64,000 nucleotides of DNA from Natronococcus sp. Lineage in GTDB: Archaea > Halobacteriota > Halobacteria > Halobacteriales > Natrialbaceae. Positions 38,905-48,912 of this stretch are shown piece after piece (position 1 is the first letter of the stretch; every line of letters starts with the position of its first letter). The DNA lies in the NCBI RefSeq assembly GCF_047921035.1, contig NZ_JBLRWX010000006.1, positions 2,841-66,840 of the forward strand, written 5' to 3'. Both the position numbers and the translations under genes were made by a program. Under the pieces are notes generated by a model. The model ran no database searches. It was not told where the DNA came from and saw only the letters and a program-made list of their open reading frames with translations.

Positions 38905-40227
38905 TCACTCGACGGCACCGCCGCGGACGGCGAGAGCCACCGATCGGTCGGCCCCGTCCGGAATCGAAACGTCGAACTCGAGCGCCCGGTCGCTGTCGTC
39001 GGCTTCGATCTCGAGCGTCCGTCGCTCCCCGTCGACCTCGAGCCAGTACGCGCCCGGCTCGCTCGCCGCGACGACGACCGTCGCCGAGACGGTCGCTCCC
39101 GGGCTGGGTCGGTCGTCGAACGTGACCGACTCGAGGTCGAGGGTCGCGCCCTCGAGATCGACCTCGAGATCGGTTTCGAACGTCGTCGTGTAGACGGGAA
39201 CGTCCGGTTCGTCGTCCTCGTCGGCTCCGCCGCCGCCGTCCTCGCCCGGCTCCTCGAGGAGGATCTCGACCCCGAGCTGCCGCTCGACGTTCTCGATCCG
39301 GTTACAGATCGTCTGCTGGAACGAGCCGGCAAAGAGCAGGCCGACGAGTTCGCCGTCCTCGCGGAAGACCGGCGAGCCGCTGTCCCCGCCCTCGGACATG
39401 TAGTCCGTGATCAGCTGGTCGCGAAGCCGTACCGTTCCCTGTTCGGCGCCGAACTCGACTTCGACGCTCGCGCTCGTGGCCTCGACGGTGGCGCTGGTAA
39501 CGCCCGTCGTTCGCCCCGTCTTGGTCAGCGTCTCGCCGCGGAGTTCGCCGTATTCGCCTCGGCGGACGTCCGTCGGCCACGCCCCGTCGAGTTCGTGATA
39601 CCGGTCTGCCTCCCGCTCCCGGTCGACCGATCTGGCGGCGACGTCGACCCGAACGCCGTCCTCGATGGGAACGTAGCCGACGAGTTCGCCGACCTCGTCG
39701 TCCGGACCACCGCCGTCGTGAGGCGACGGCTGGAGGATCGACTCGCCGATATCGGCCTCGTTCGAGCGCGCGTAGACGTGGTTGTTCGAGAGTCGAACGA
39801 GATCGTGGGGGCCGACGGCGTCGCTCCAGACTGCCTCGCTCGCCTCCCCGTCCGCGTCTTCCGTGATCCGTGCGGGGTAGGGTCCGCCGGTACCGGCCGA
39901 CAGCTCCGCGTTGGCCTCGCTGACGCCGCCCGGTACGGGACGGTGGCGGTCGCTTCGACCCGTGGCCGCCTCGGGAACTACCTCGAGGGTCGCCAACGGA
40001 TCGAACCCCTCCCGTTCCTCGCCGTAGCCGGCATCGACTACGTCGACGGTCACCTCGGTGTCACCGACCTCGCGGACCCGTTTCTCGACGTCGTCCTCGT
40101 CCTCGAGCGCGTCGGGCGGAAGCTTTCGGGAGACGAACACCCGGACTTCGTTCTCGGCCTCGTCGTAGTCGACGCCGATCACGTTCTCACAGTCGAGTAA
40201 GTACTCGTAATCCTGTGTCGTCGGCAT
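38905..40227 (-). CDS. Chymotrypsin-fold (S1, streptogrisin/alpha-lytic-like) serine protease with C-terminal Ig-like domain; no signal peptide
   Basis: 440-aa ORF. His in LSNNHVYA, KTGRTTGVTSATV, catalytic Ser in GGDSGSPVF. C-terminal ATVSATVVVAASEPGAYWLEVDG is beta-sandwich-like. The N-terminus MPTTQDYEYLLD is not hydrophobic. Confidence 0.65.
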   Translation of the reverse strand: MPTTQDYEYLLDCENVIGVDYDEAENEVRVFVSRKLPPDALEDEDDVEKRVREVGDTEVTVDVVDAGYGEEREGFDPLATLEVVPEAATGRSDRHRPVPGGVSEANAELSAGTGGPYPARITEDADGEASEAVWSDAVGPHDLVRLSNNHVYARSNEADIGESILQPSPHDGGGPDDEVGELVGYVPIEDGVRVDVAARSVDREREADRYHELDGAWPTDVRRGEYGELRGETLTKTGRTTGVTSATVEATSASVEVEFGAEQGTVRLRDQLITDYMSEGGDSGSPVFREDGELVGLLFAGSFQQTICNRIENVERQLGVEILLEEPGEDGGGGADEDDEPDVPVYTTTFETDLEVDLEGATLDLESVTFDDRPSPGATVSATVVVAASEPGAYWLEVDGERRTLEIEADDSDRALEFDVSIPDGADRSVALAVRGGAVE

Positions 40228-40357
40228 AATTTGAACCCATGAACGGTTCGTACCGAAACCTCTTAGCTGTGCGGCTGCGTATCACGCGTCGAGGGGACGG
40301 TCGATTCAGCCCCACTTATGAGGTCGGGGCGAATTCCTTCGGATAGGTGGCCACCAG

Positions 40358-41053
40358 ATGTCCGACTTACCGGACGATTTCGACTGTACGATAACGAACT
40401 GGGATTACATCTACAGCCTCTGTCGCGACGTCAGCGAGGAGGTCCGTCGGGACGACTTCGAGCCCGACGTCATCGTCGCACTCGCTCGCGGCGGCTGGTT
40501 CGCGGGTCGCTGTATCTGTGACTTCCTCGGGATGGACGATCTGACGAGCCTGAAGATGGAACACTACGTCGGCACGGCCGAGAAGAGCGGCGAGCCGACC
40601 GTTCGCTACCCCATGCCGGAGGGCAGCGTCGAGGGGAAGGACGTCCTCATCATCGACGACATCGCCGACACGGGCGGCTCGATCGAGCGCGCCCACGAGT
40701 ACGTCGACGAGCGCAATGCCGGCGAGGTCCGCACCGCGACCCTCCAGTTGCTCCAGACCAGCGAGTACGAACCCGACTACATCGGCGAGCGACTCGAGGA
40801 GTGGACCTGGGTCGTCTACCCGTGGAACTTCATCGAGGACATGGTCGATCTGATCTCGGGAGCGATGGAGCGGGCCGACCAGGAGACGTTCACGGTCGAG
40901 GAGATCCGCCACTATCTCTCGGAGTACCACGGTATCGATCGAATGGAGATGGAGATCGCCCAACCCGACCGTCTTCAGGAGGTCCTCCGGGAGATGGACC
41001 GCCGCGAAGTCGTCGAGATGGTCGACCACGGCGAGTGGCGGCTGCTCGAGTAG
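40358..41053 (+). CDS. Phosphoribosyltransferase (purine PRT-like) with C-terminal extension
   Basis: 231-aa ORF. PRPP-binding motif VLIIDDIADTGGS. About 80 aa of C-terminal helical extension. Confidence 0.8.
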   Translation: MSDLPDDFDCTITNWDYIYSLCRDVSEEVRRDDFEPDVIVALARGGWFAGRCICDFLGMDDLTSLKMEHYVGTAEKSGEPTVRYPMPEGSVEGKDVLIIDDIADTGGSIERAHEYVDERNAGEVRTATLQLLQTSEYEPDYIGERLEEWTWVVYPWNFIEDMVDLISGAMERADQETFTVEEIRHYLSEYHGIDRMEMEIAQPDRLQEVLREMDRREVVEMVDHGEWRLLE

Positions 41054-41102
41054 TCGGTCCGAACCCACACCGTTTACGTCCTCGCCGGCGCGAGGTGATC
41101 GT

Positions 41103-41957
41103 ATGACCATCGGTGTCATCGGCGGCAGCGGTATCTACGAGGCACTGCCACTCGAGAACGTTTCGAAGGAGTCGGTCTCGACGCCCTACGGCGAACCGAG
41201 CGAGGACGTCACGCTCGGCGAACTCGGCGGCCGGGAAGTCGCTTTTCTCCCGCGCCACGGCGGGGACCACCAGCACACGCCCACGCAGGCGAGCTACCGG
41301 GCGAACATCTACGCGCTGAAGTCGGTCGGCGTCGACCGCGTGATCTCGACGAACGCCGTCGGCAGCCTCCGCGAGGAGCTGCCCCCCCGGACGCTCGTCG
41401 TGCCGGATCAGATCTACGACCGAACGAAACACCGGACGCCGACGTTCTTCGGCGACGGGATGGTCGTCCACATGAGCTTCGCCGAGCCGTACTGTCCGGA
41501 GATGGCCGCACATCTCGCGGAGTCCGCCCGCGAGGCCACCGACGCCGACGTCTCGGAGGACGGCACCTACGTCTGTATCGAGGGGCCCCAGTACTCGACG
41601 AGAGCCGAGAGCGAGTTCTACCGCGAGCAGGGGTGGGATATCGTCGGCATGACGACGATCCCGGAAGCGAAACTCGCCCGCGAGGCCGAACTGAGCTACG
41701 CGACCGTCGCCGGCGTCACCGACTACGACGTCTGGAAGGAAGACAGCGAGGTCAGCCTCGAGGAGGTGCTGGCGAACGCCGAGGCCAACCAGGAGTCGAT
41801 CAACGCCGTCATCGAGCACGCGATCCGGACGATGCCCGAAGACTTCGAGAGCGAAGCCTGGAGCGCCCTGGAGGGAACGATCAATACGCCGACGGATGCG
41901 ATTCCCGAGGACACGCGCGAGCGGATCGACCTGCTGGCCGGCGAGTACCTCCAGTAG
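41103..41957 (+). CDS. mtnP: S-methyl-5'-thioadenosine phosphorylase
   Basis: 284-aa ORF. IGVIGGSGIY, FLPRHG, SYRANIYALKSVGV, VCIEGPQYSTRAES, DIVGMTT. Confidence 0.88.
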   Translation: MTIGVIGGSGIYEALPLENVSKESVSTPYGEPSEDVTLGELGGREVAFLPRHGGDHQHTPTQASYRANIYALKSVGVDRVISTNAVGSLREELPPRTLVVPDQIYDRTKHRTPTFFGDGMVVHMSFAEPYCPEMAAHLAESAREATDADVSEDGTYVCIEGPQYSTRAESEFYREQGWDIVGMTTIPEAKLAREAELSYATVAGVTDYDVWKEDSEVSLEEVLANAEANQESINAVIEHAIRTMPEDFESEAWSALEGTINTPTDAIPEDTRERIDLLAGEYLQ

Positions 41958-42397
41958 CGCCGTCGAGACGTCGACTACCCCGATTCGTTCGTCTCTTGGA
42001 ACCGTTTTCATTTGGCAATCGGACCGTTATCGATCGAGTAGGAGCCACGTAGCGTTCGGACAGTTCGTTCCACGTTCGACAGGAATCGGGCCGACGGGGA
42101 GGGAAACGCCGTTATGGAGACCCTATCCGGATCCTGCCAGATAGTACCATACCAAATATCGTTGGAACAACCCCTATCACTCTTTCACCCCTTCTCGTGA
42201 GTACGAGACGAACTGAGCCCGCCGATATGCTCGAGGACGCGTTCGGCGATCGGTCGCCGATCGCAAAGTGCAACAGTTGTGCACTTTCTCGGCGATTAAT
42301 TCTCTATTAGTATCCTATACTATCGAGTATCTTCAGAAAGTAAGATTGTCACAGAAAGTTTTATGTGCATACGGGAACCAATGTTCGAGTGAAGAGC

Positions 42398-43009
42398 ATG
42401 ACCCTCGAAACTGACCGTTCAGCCCACTCATCGGACGACGAGGAGGAGATGGAGTCCGACGAGACGCCGGAGCTCTCCAGCGACGATATCTTCCACCTTC
42501 TCCAGACCAACCGCCGGCGGGACACGATCCGCTACCTCCTCGAGGAGGAGGGTCCCGTCAAGATGCGCGACGTCGCCGAGTACGTCGCCGCCCGCGAGAA
42601 CGATACCACCGTGGCGGAGCTGTCCTCGACCGAGCGCCAGCGCGTGTACATCCCGCTGTACCAGTCCCACCTGCCGAAGCTCGACGAGGAAGGCGTCGTC
42701 GAGTACAACCAGCCCCGCGGGATCGTCAAACCGACCGACAACCTCGAGATCTTTGCCCCCTACATCGAGGCGACCGAGAAGGGGACTGCGGAACTCGACT
42801 CCCGCCTCGCGGACAGTCGCGCGGTTCGGGAGTACTACGTCACCGCGGTCGCCGCGAGCGCGAGCCTGCTGTTCGCCTCCGCGGTCGGCCTGCTCTCGAT
42901 CCCCGGCGTCGCCCTCGCGGCGATCATTACCGCGCTGTTCGCGCTGATCACGCTCGTCACGAACCTCTCGCAGTTCGTCGAATCGGCGAGCAGCCTCACC
43001 GCACAGTAA
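42398..43009 (+). CDS. Haloarchaeal wHTH (ArsR-like, DUF7344-type) protein with C-terminal TM segments
   Basis: ORF 42365-43009; ATG 42398 or GTG 42389. IFHLLQTNRRRDTIRYLL...ERQRVYIPLYQSHLPKLDEEGVVEY. Hydrophobic C-terminus. Confidence 0.7.
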   Translation: MTLETDRSAHSSDDEEEMESDETPELSSDDIFHLLQTNRRRDTIRYLLEEEGPVKMRDVAEYVAARENDTTVAELSSTERQRVYIPLYQSHLPKLDEEGVVEYNQPRGIVKPTDNLEIFAPYIEATEKGTAELDSRLADSRAVREYYVTAVAASASLLFASAVGLLSIPGVALAAIITALFALITLVTNLSQFVESASSLTAQ

Positions 43010-43028
43010 CGTTTCTCTCTCGTCTGTA

Positions 43029-43046
43029 GTCGTACGTGTGTACGAC
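43029..43046. terminator. Perfect hairpin gtcgtac-gtgt-gtacgac between convergent genes
   Basis: 7-bp stem with a 4-nt loop, between the stop at 43009 (+) and the scpA stop at 43085 (-). Confidence 0.3.
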
Positions 43047-43084
43047 GGGTTCGTCGAACCGAATCCGCCTCGAGTTCTCCGTCG

Positions 43085-44017
43085 TCAGTTCGTTACCGGC
43101 TCGACCCGATCGGTGTCGGCGTCGGTCCGCCGGAGCCAGAGATCGCCGAACAGTTCGTCCTGTTCGAGCGTGATCGTTCCTCGATGGGACAGAAAGAGCA
43201 CGGCGAGATACGTCATCACGCGCGAGCCGCCGGCCTCGTCTACCTCGGCGTACAGGACCTCCTCGCGGCCCCGCTCGTACCGGCTCTCGAGTTCGGCCGC
43301 GACGTCGTCGATGACCCGCTCGATGTCCTCCTCGTGGGTCGTGTGCGTGACGTCGTCGCTGGTCGGCTCGTCGTCGACCCGAAACTGATCCTCCGCGTGG
43401 TAGCTCAGCTCCTGCACGCCGCGGTCGTACCCGCGAGGCGAGTCGCTCGTGTCGTAGCTCCGGGAGTCTTTCCACCACGTGTCCCGTTCGGCGTCCCTGA
43501 GATCGCGAACCAGCTCGTCGAGCGTCTCGGGTTTCCCGCGGGCGTGTTTGCGCTCGAGGCGGCGTTCCATCTCCGCCTCGAGGCCCTCGACGGGGTCGAA
43601 CGCGGGCGCGTCGCCCGCATCCTCGATCGGCCCGTCGTCGGCGAACGGCGCCTCCCACGGCGGCAGCTCCTCCTCCTCGGGCTCGTCCGGGCCGAACAGC
43701 TCGTCGCTTTTCATCCGCAACAGGACGCTCGCGTAGAACAGCGCCCGTCCCGAGGTCCGCAGGTCGGCGTCGTCGAGCGCCTCGAGGAACCGATCGGTCA
43801 CCTCGACGATGTCGATGTCCCAGGGGTCGATCTCCCCGTTCTCGGCGAGCTGGACGAGCAGTTCGACGGGTTCGACCTCCTCGTCGTCCTCGCCCTCGTC
43901 GACCGGCCCGACCTCGTCGTCGTCGAACTCGAGTACGGCCTCCTCGTCGCTCGGTCGGGGTCGGTCGTCGTGTCCGGCGATATCGAGCGGAATCCCGTCG
44001 TCGGAGTCGCTAGTCAT
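43085..44017 (-). CDS. scpA: Segregation and condensation protein A (kleisin ScpA)
   Basis: 310-aa ORF overlapping the smc stop by 8 nt. LLVQLAENGEIDPWDIDIVEVTDRFL...SGRALFYASVLLRMKS. Confidence 0.9.
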   Translation of the reverse strand: MTSDSDDGIPLDIAGHDDRPRPSDEEAVLEFDDDEVGPVDEGEDDEEVEPVELLVQLAENGEIDPWDIDIVEVTDRFLEALDDADLRTSGRALFYASVLLRMKSDELFGPDEPEEEELPPWEAPFADDGPIEDAGDAPAFDPVEGLEAEMERRLERKHARGKPETLDELVRDLRDAERDTWWKDSRSYDTSDSPRGYDRGVQELSYHAEDQFRVDDEPTSDDVTHTTHEEDIERVIDDVAAELESRYERGREEVLYAEVDEAGGSRVMTYLAVLFLSHRGTITLEQDELFGDLWLRRTDADTDRVEPVTN

Positions 44018-47000
44018 CGGCCGGAACCTCCGTCGCCTCCCCGTCGCCCAGGTCGATCCCGGTCACCGCACTCACGTTGTCCCGTTGCATCGTCACCCCG
44101 ATCGCGCGCTCGGCGCGGTCGAGCATCGCCGAGCGGTGGGAGACGACCGCGAACTGGGCGTCCTCCGAGAGTTCGTCGACCATCTCGCCCACCCGGTCGG
44201 CGTTGACCGCGTCGAGGAAGGCGTCGATCTCGTCGAGCGCGTAGAACGGCGCGGGATTGTGGCGCTGGATCGCGAAGATAAACGCCAGCGCGGTCAGCGA
44301 TTTCTCGCCGCCCGACATGGCGTCCAGGCGCTGGATCGGCTTGTCGCCCGGCTGGGCCTTCATCGTCAGCCCGCCCTCGAAGGGGTCGTCCTCGTCCTCG
44401 AGGTGGAGGGTGCCGGTCCCCTCCGAGAGCTGCTCGAAGATGTCGGTGAAGTGGCCGGCGATCGCCTCGTAGGCGTCCATGAACGTCCGCTTCTTCTGGG
44501 TCTCGTACTGCTCGATCCGGTCGCGGATGCCGTCGGCCTCCTCGACCAGCGTCGCCTTCCCCTCCTCGAGCTCCGCGAGATCGTCCCGAACCTCGTCGTA
44601 CTCGTCGATCGCGAGCATGTTGACCGGTTCCATCGCCTCCATGTCCGCCTGCAGGAGTTCGATCGTCTCGAGAACCGTCTCGTGATCGGGCACGTCCTCG
44701 GGGTCGTAGTCGCCGACCTCGGCCTCGAGGCTCTCGATCTCCCACTCGAGGTCCTCGAGTCGACCCCGCTTGTCCTCGAGTTTGCTCTCGACGGCGTTGA
44801 CCCGGTCCTGTTGCTGGTCGCGTTTCGTTCGGGCGTCCGCGAGTTCCTCCTTGAGTTCGCTCCGGTCGTCTTTGAGTTCGGTTAGCTCGTCCTCGAGCGC
44901 TGCGACCGCCTCGTGTTTCGCCTCGAGCTCCTCGCGTTTCTCCTCGATCGTCGCCTCGTGTTCCTCGATCCGATCCTCGTGGTCGGCTTTCCGGTTCTGG
45001 GCGTCCTCGATGTCGTCGTGGAGCTCCTCGATCGCGTCCTCGGTGTACTCCTTCTCCAGGCGGAGTTCGTTGAGCTTCCCGTCGAGGTCGTCGATTCGGT
45101 CCTCGCGTTCGCCGATCTCGTCCTCGAGTTCCTCGATCTGTGCGGTGAGTTCGGGGATCTTCGAGTCGGCGAGTTCACTTTCGAGCTCCTCGATGTCGGC
45201 CTCGATCGCCTCGATCCGCTCGGCCTTCGCGTCGATCTCGTCGGAGATTTCGGTCATCCGTTCGTCGACCGACTCGCGTTCCTCGCGCAGCTCCTCGAGT
45301 TCGCTCTCGAGGTCGTCGATCTCGGTCCGCACCGTCTCGCGGTCGCTCTCGATGCTTTCGAGTTCGCTCTCGATCGAGCGGACCTCGTCGGCAGCGTCCG
45401 TCTTCCGGTCGCGGGCGTCGTCGAGCCGATCCTCCACGCTCCGTAACTCCTCGCGCAGCTCCTCGCGCTCTTCCTGCAGGTCGGTGATCCGTTTCGCGAC
45501 GCGCTCGAGTTGGCCCTCCCCGCCGCCGGTAAAGGAGTACCGAGAGCCCTTCCGGGAGCCCCCGGTCATCGCGCCGCTTTTCTCGACGAGGTCGCCGTCG
45601 AGGGTGACCATCCGGTAGTCGCCCGTGTACGAGCGGGCCGTCTCGAGGTCCTCGACGACCAGCGTATCGCCGAGTACGTACGAGAAGATCCCCGCGTACT
45701 GCTCGTCGAACTCGACCAGATCGTACGCGAAGCCGACGATGCCGGGATCGGTCGGCGCCGACGGGAGCCGACGCTCGTGCATGTCGGTCATCGGGAGGAA
45801 GGTTGCCCGCCCGGCGTTGCGCGATTTCAGGTGCTCGATACACCGCTGGCCGACGCCGTCGTCGTCGACGACCACGTTCGCGAGCCGGCCGCCGGCCGCG
45901 GTCTCGCAGGCGACGGCGTACTCGCCCGGTACCGACCCCAGCTGGGCGACGGCGCCGTGGACGCCGTCGAGCCCCGCGTTCAGGATCGTCGTCACCGCGC
46001 GACCGAAGGAGGAGTCGCCGCTCTCGCCGGCCTTGGCCTCGAGCTCGGCGTACTCCTGTTGTTTCGCCTGGATCTCGTCGTCGAGTTCGTCGAGTTCCGA
46101 CTGGGTTCGGCGCTTCTCGGCTTTCAGGTCGTCGACGACGCCCGCGATGTTCTCGCGGTTCGCCTCGGCCTTTTGTAGTTCGCGCTCGAGATCCGACTCC
46201 CGTTCCTCGAGTTCGGGGAGCGTCCCGCGTTTCTCCTCGATCGTCTCCTCTTTCTCGCTGATGGCGTTCGAGCGCCGTCGGGCCTCGTCGAGCAGGCGGT
46301 CCTGCTCGCGCTGGAGGTCGTTTCGTTCCGTCTTGGCCGCCTCGAGGTCGTCCTTGCGCTCGGCCAGTTCGGTCTTGAGTTCGTCGAACTCGGTGTCGAC
46401 GGCCTCGATCTCGGCCTCGAGCTCGTCGCGCTCGCTCTCGCGTTCGGCGATCTCGGTCTTGACCGACGCCTTCTCGAGTTTGTGCTCTCGGATCTCGTCC
46501 TCGAGATCGTCGACCTGTTCTTGCTTGCGGTCGATCCCGACGAACGCCTCCCGTCGATCGGACTCGGCGGCCTCGATCTGTTCTTCGCTGGCCTCGATCT
46601 TGTCCTCGAGCCGGGAGATATCGCCCTTGATCTCCTCGATCTCGCCTTTGATCCGGAGCTGTTCGTCCTCACCTTTCCGTTCGATCTCCGCGTTCAGATC
46701 CTCGAGGTCCTCCTGGAGGCGAACGACCGTTCCCTGGCGTTCGTCTAGGGTGCGCCGGAGTCCCTCGAGTTCGGATTCGAGTTCGTCGACGTTCGCCTCG
46801 AGCCCGTCGAGTTCCTCGCGTTTCTCCTCGAGCTCGCTGGCCTTCTTGTAGCTCTCGTACTCCTCCTTCTCGCGGCGAAGCCGCCGGTAGCGAAGCGCCT
46901 CCCGTCGTTCGTCCTCGAGCTGCGTTAGTCGAGTTCGTTTCTCCTCGATCCGGAGTTCGGCCTCGTCGATCCGCTCCTGGACCGTCTCGAGCTCTTCGAA

Positions 47001-47591
47001 GGCGTCGGCTTTCTTCGCGTCGAACTCCGCGACGCCCGCGATCTCGTCGATGATCTCGCGGCGGGCGTGGGGCGTCATGTTGATGATCTCGGTGACGTCG
47101 CCCTGCATGACGACGTTGTACCCCTCCGGGGTGACGCCGGCCTGGGCGAGCAGGTCCTGGATGTCCGAGAGATTGACCGAGCGGTCGTTGAGGTAGTAGT
47201 AGGAGTAGTAGTTGTCCTCGGTCTCCTTGACGCGACGACGGATGCGGATCTCGTCGACGTCGCCGACGTCGTCGCTGCCGGCGGCGTTGACGACCTGCGA
47301 GCGCTCGAGCGTCCGATCCGAGTTGTCGAGGATCACCTCGACGGTCGCCTCGCGGGGACCGCCCGAGGAGGCGTCGTCCTCGTGGCCGGGGTTGTAGATG
47401 AGGTCGGTTAGCTTCTCGGCGCGGATCCCCCGGGTTCGGGCGAGCCCCAGCGCGAACAGCACCCCGTCGATGATGTTCGACTTCCCGGAGCCGTTCGGTC
47501 CGGTGACGACGGTAAAGTCCTCGTAGAACGGGATCTTGGTCTTGCGTCCGAAGCTCTTGAAGTTGTCTAAGACGAGCGCCTTGATGTACAT
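44010..47591 (-). CDS. smc: Chromosome segregation protein SMC
   Basis: 1193-aa ORF. Walker [10 protein letters not shown], coiled coils, hinge (GLDGVHGAVAQLG), signature MSGGEKSLTALAF, Walker B YALDEIDAFLD. Confidence 0.96.
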   Translation of the reverse strand: MYIKALVLDNFKSFGRKTKIPFYEDFTVVTGPNGSGKSNIIDGVLFALGLARTRGIRAEKLTDLIYNPGHEDDASSGGPREATVEVILDNSDRTLERSQVVNAAGSDDVGDVDEIRIRRRVKETEDNYYSYYYLNDRSVNLSDIQDLLAQAGVTPEGYNVVMQGDVTEIINMTPHARREIIDEIAGVAEFDAKKADAFEELETVQERIDEAELRIEEKRTRLTQLEDERREALRYRRLRREKEEYESYKKASELEEKREELDGLEANVDELESELEGLRRTLDERQGTVVRLQEDLEDLNAEIERKGEDEQLRIKGEIEEIKGDISRLEDKIEASEEQIEAAESDRREAFVGIDRKQEQVDDLEDEIREHKLEKASVKTEIAERESERDELEAEIEAVDTEFDELKTELAERKDDLEAAKTERNDLQREQDRLLDEARRRSNAISEKEETIEEKRGTLPELEERESDLERELQKAEANRENIAGVVDDLKAEKRRTQSELDELDDEIQAKQQEYAELEAKAGESGDSSFGRAVTTILNAGLDGVHGAVAQLGSVPGEYAVACETAAGGRLANVVVDDDGVGQRCIEHLKSRNAGRATFLPMTDMHERRLPSAPTDPGIVGFAYDLVEFDEQYAGIFSYVLGDTLVVEDLETARSYTGDYRMVTLDGDLVEKSGAMTGGSRKGSRYSFTGGGEGQLERVAKRITDLQEEREELREELRSVEDRLDDARDRKTDAADEVRSIESELESIESDRETVRTEIDDLESELEELREERESVDERMTEISDEIDAKAERIEAIEADIEELESELADSKIPELTAQIEELEDEIGEREDRIDDLDGKLNELRLEKEYTEDAIEELHDDIEDAQNRKADHEDRIEEHEATIEEKREELEAKHEAVAALEDELTELKDDRSELKEELADARTKRDQQQDRVNAVESKLEDKRGRLEDLEWEIESLEAEVGDYDPEDVPDHETVLETIELLQADMEAMEPVNMLAIDEYDEVRDDLAELEEGKATLVEEADGIRDRIEQYETQKKRTFMDAYEAIAGHFTDIFEQLSEGTGTLHLEDEDDPFEGGLTMKAQPGDKPIQRLDAMSGGEKSLTALAFIFAIQRHNPAPFYALDEIDAFLDAVNADRVGEMVDELSEDAQFAVVSHRSAMLDRAERAIGVTMQRDNVSAVTGIDLGDGEATEVPADD

Positions 47592-47653
47592 ACCCTTCTC
47601 GAATCCTCCGTCAGCTCGACCGCCGCGAATCGACCTGCAGTGTAGTCGTGCGG

Positions 47654-47968
47654 TTACGCGACGATAATGTCGTCGCTACCTGAGTCTTCCGTTTCGTCGG
47701 CGTCGCTCTCCTCGGTCGCCTCGTCGTCTGCGGGTTCGGCCTCGGCGTCGTCGGCCGACGGCTCGGCTTCCTCGGTCGCCTCGTCGTCGACCGGCTCCTC
47801 GCTCTCGCTTCGCCGTTCGGGGACGCGCGTCGGCGTGTCGGCGTCCAGTTCGGCCTCGAGGACGCGAATTCGTTCTTTCGCTTCGATAAGTTCGCTGGTC
47901 AACCCTTCGACGGTCGACTCGAGTTCGGCGACGGTCGACTCGAGTTGCTCCACGCGGTTGTTCGGCAT
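47654..47968 (-). CDS. Small coiled-coil protein with acidic tail, upstream of smc
   Basis: ORF 47654-47995. Start moved to ATG 47966-47968 (MPNNRVEQLESTVAELE...) because TATA-like cgtttatg (47993-48000) lies 25-30 nt upstream of it. Confidence 0.55.
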   Translation of the reverse strand: MPNNRVEQLESTVAELESTVEGLTSELIEAKERIRVLEAELDADTPTRVPERRSESEEPVDDEATEEAEPSADDAEAEPADDEATEESDADETEDSGSDDIIVA

Positions 47969-48052
47969 ACCTTCTAGGGAATGGTCCGGAACCATAAACG
48001 TACGTCAGACACAACTAACAGTTCTGGTAACTTACTGGCAATCTGTACCAAA

Positions 48053-48769
48053 CTACAGCTCGTCGTGGTCGTCCATCCCCTCGATCGCGCCCAGCGCGGC
48101 CTTCAGGATCTTCCGCTCGCTGCGTCGCAGGTTCATCGAGACGGCGGTCTTCGAGATATCGAAGTGGTCGGCCAGTTCGTCGAGCGTCGTCTCCCGGGGC
48201 GTCTCGTAGTAGCCGTTCTTCGAGGCGACCTCGAAGGTCTCCTGTTCGGTCTCGGTCAGGGAGCGACAGCCCTCGAGCAGGCGAAGCGCGCTGTCGGAGT
48301 TCTCGAGCAGGTCGAACAGCGTCGTCGGCCCGAACTGGTCGCGGTCCTCGACCTCGTAGTCGTTGTGTCGCTCGAGTTCGGCGAGGGTACGGTCCTCGGC
48401 GTCGTCGTCGTCGAAGCCGACGTGCCAGCGCTCGCGGCCGTCCTCGATCCGGAACGGGCCGGTGATGTAGCCGTCGTTCTCCTGGATCGCCCGCATCGCG
48501 TTCGTCTGTTCGATCGTCGTCCCGATCTGGGCGACGTTGTCCCGCTTCGTGAGGATGTAACAGTCGCGCATGTTCGGGTGGGTCCGAAGCTCGTGGAGCC
48601 CCTGGTCCAGCGCCGCCGCCGACTCCCCCTTCGCGATGAGCCGCGTCTCGAGCTTCTCGGCGTCGGTGTCGAGCTGCCACTGGACGGCAGAGAACGCGAC
48701 GTCGACGTCGTCCGTCGTGTCGATAAAGGGGCAGTCGTACTGCCGCATGTCGAGATCGAGGTCGATCAT
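48053..48769 (-). CDS. Bat-like HTH (HTH_10) transcriptional regulator
   Basis: ORF 48053-48814 with probable start MIDLDLDMRQYDCPF. C-terminal LTETEQETFEVASKNGYYETPRETTLDELADHFDISKTAVSMNLRRSERK. Confidence 0.8.
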   Translation of the reverse strand: MIDLDLDMRQYDCPFIDTTDDVDVAFSAVQWQLDTDAEKLETRLIAKGESAAALDQGLHELRTHPNMRDCYILTKRDNVAQIGTTIEQTNAMRAIQENDGYITGPFRIEDGRERWHVGFDDDDAEDRTLAELERHNDYEVEDRDQFGPTTLFDLLENSDSALRLLEGCRSLTETEQETFEVASKNGYYETPRETTLDELADHFDISKTAVSMNLRRSERKILKAALGAIEGMDDHDEL

Positions 48770-48912
48770 GGCACGGTACATTATAACCATAATACGGATA
48801 TTAATCGTTCGCATTTGCGGGCGACGCGGACCGCGGACGCGGCGGCGGGTCGGCGACCGCCGTTGATATGTTAACGGGGTCGTTTTAGCGCCCTCCGGCC
48901 GACCTACACGGT

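Noticed and set aside
42226-42309. 27-codon ORF (MLEDAFGDRSPIAKCNSCALSRRLILY) in the long AT-rich intergenic region. A minus-strand frame ending ...IAERVLEHIGGLSSSRTHEKG* was also considered as a gene relic.
   Set aside because: The plus-strand ORF has no upstream TATA at the expected distance and poor codon bias. The minus-strand frame has no start codon after the preceding stop. Neither resembles anything I recognise.
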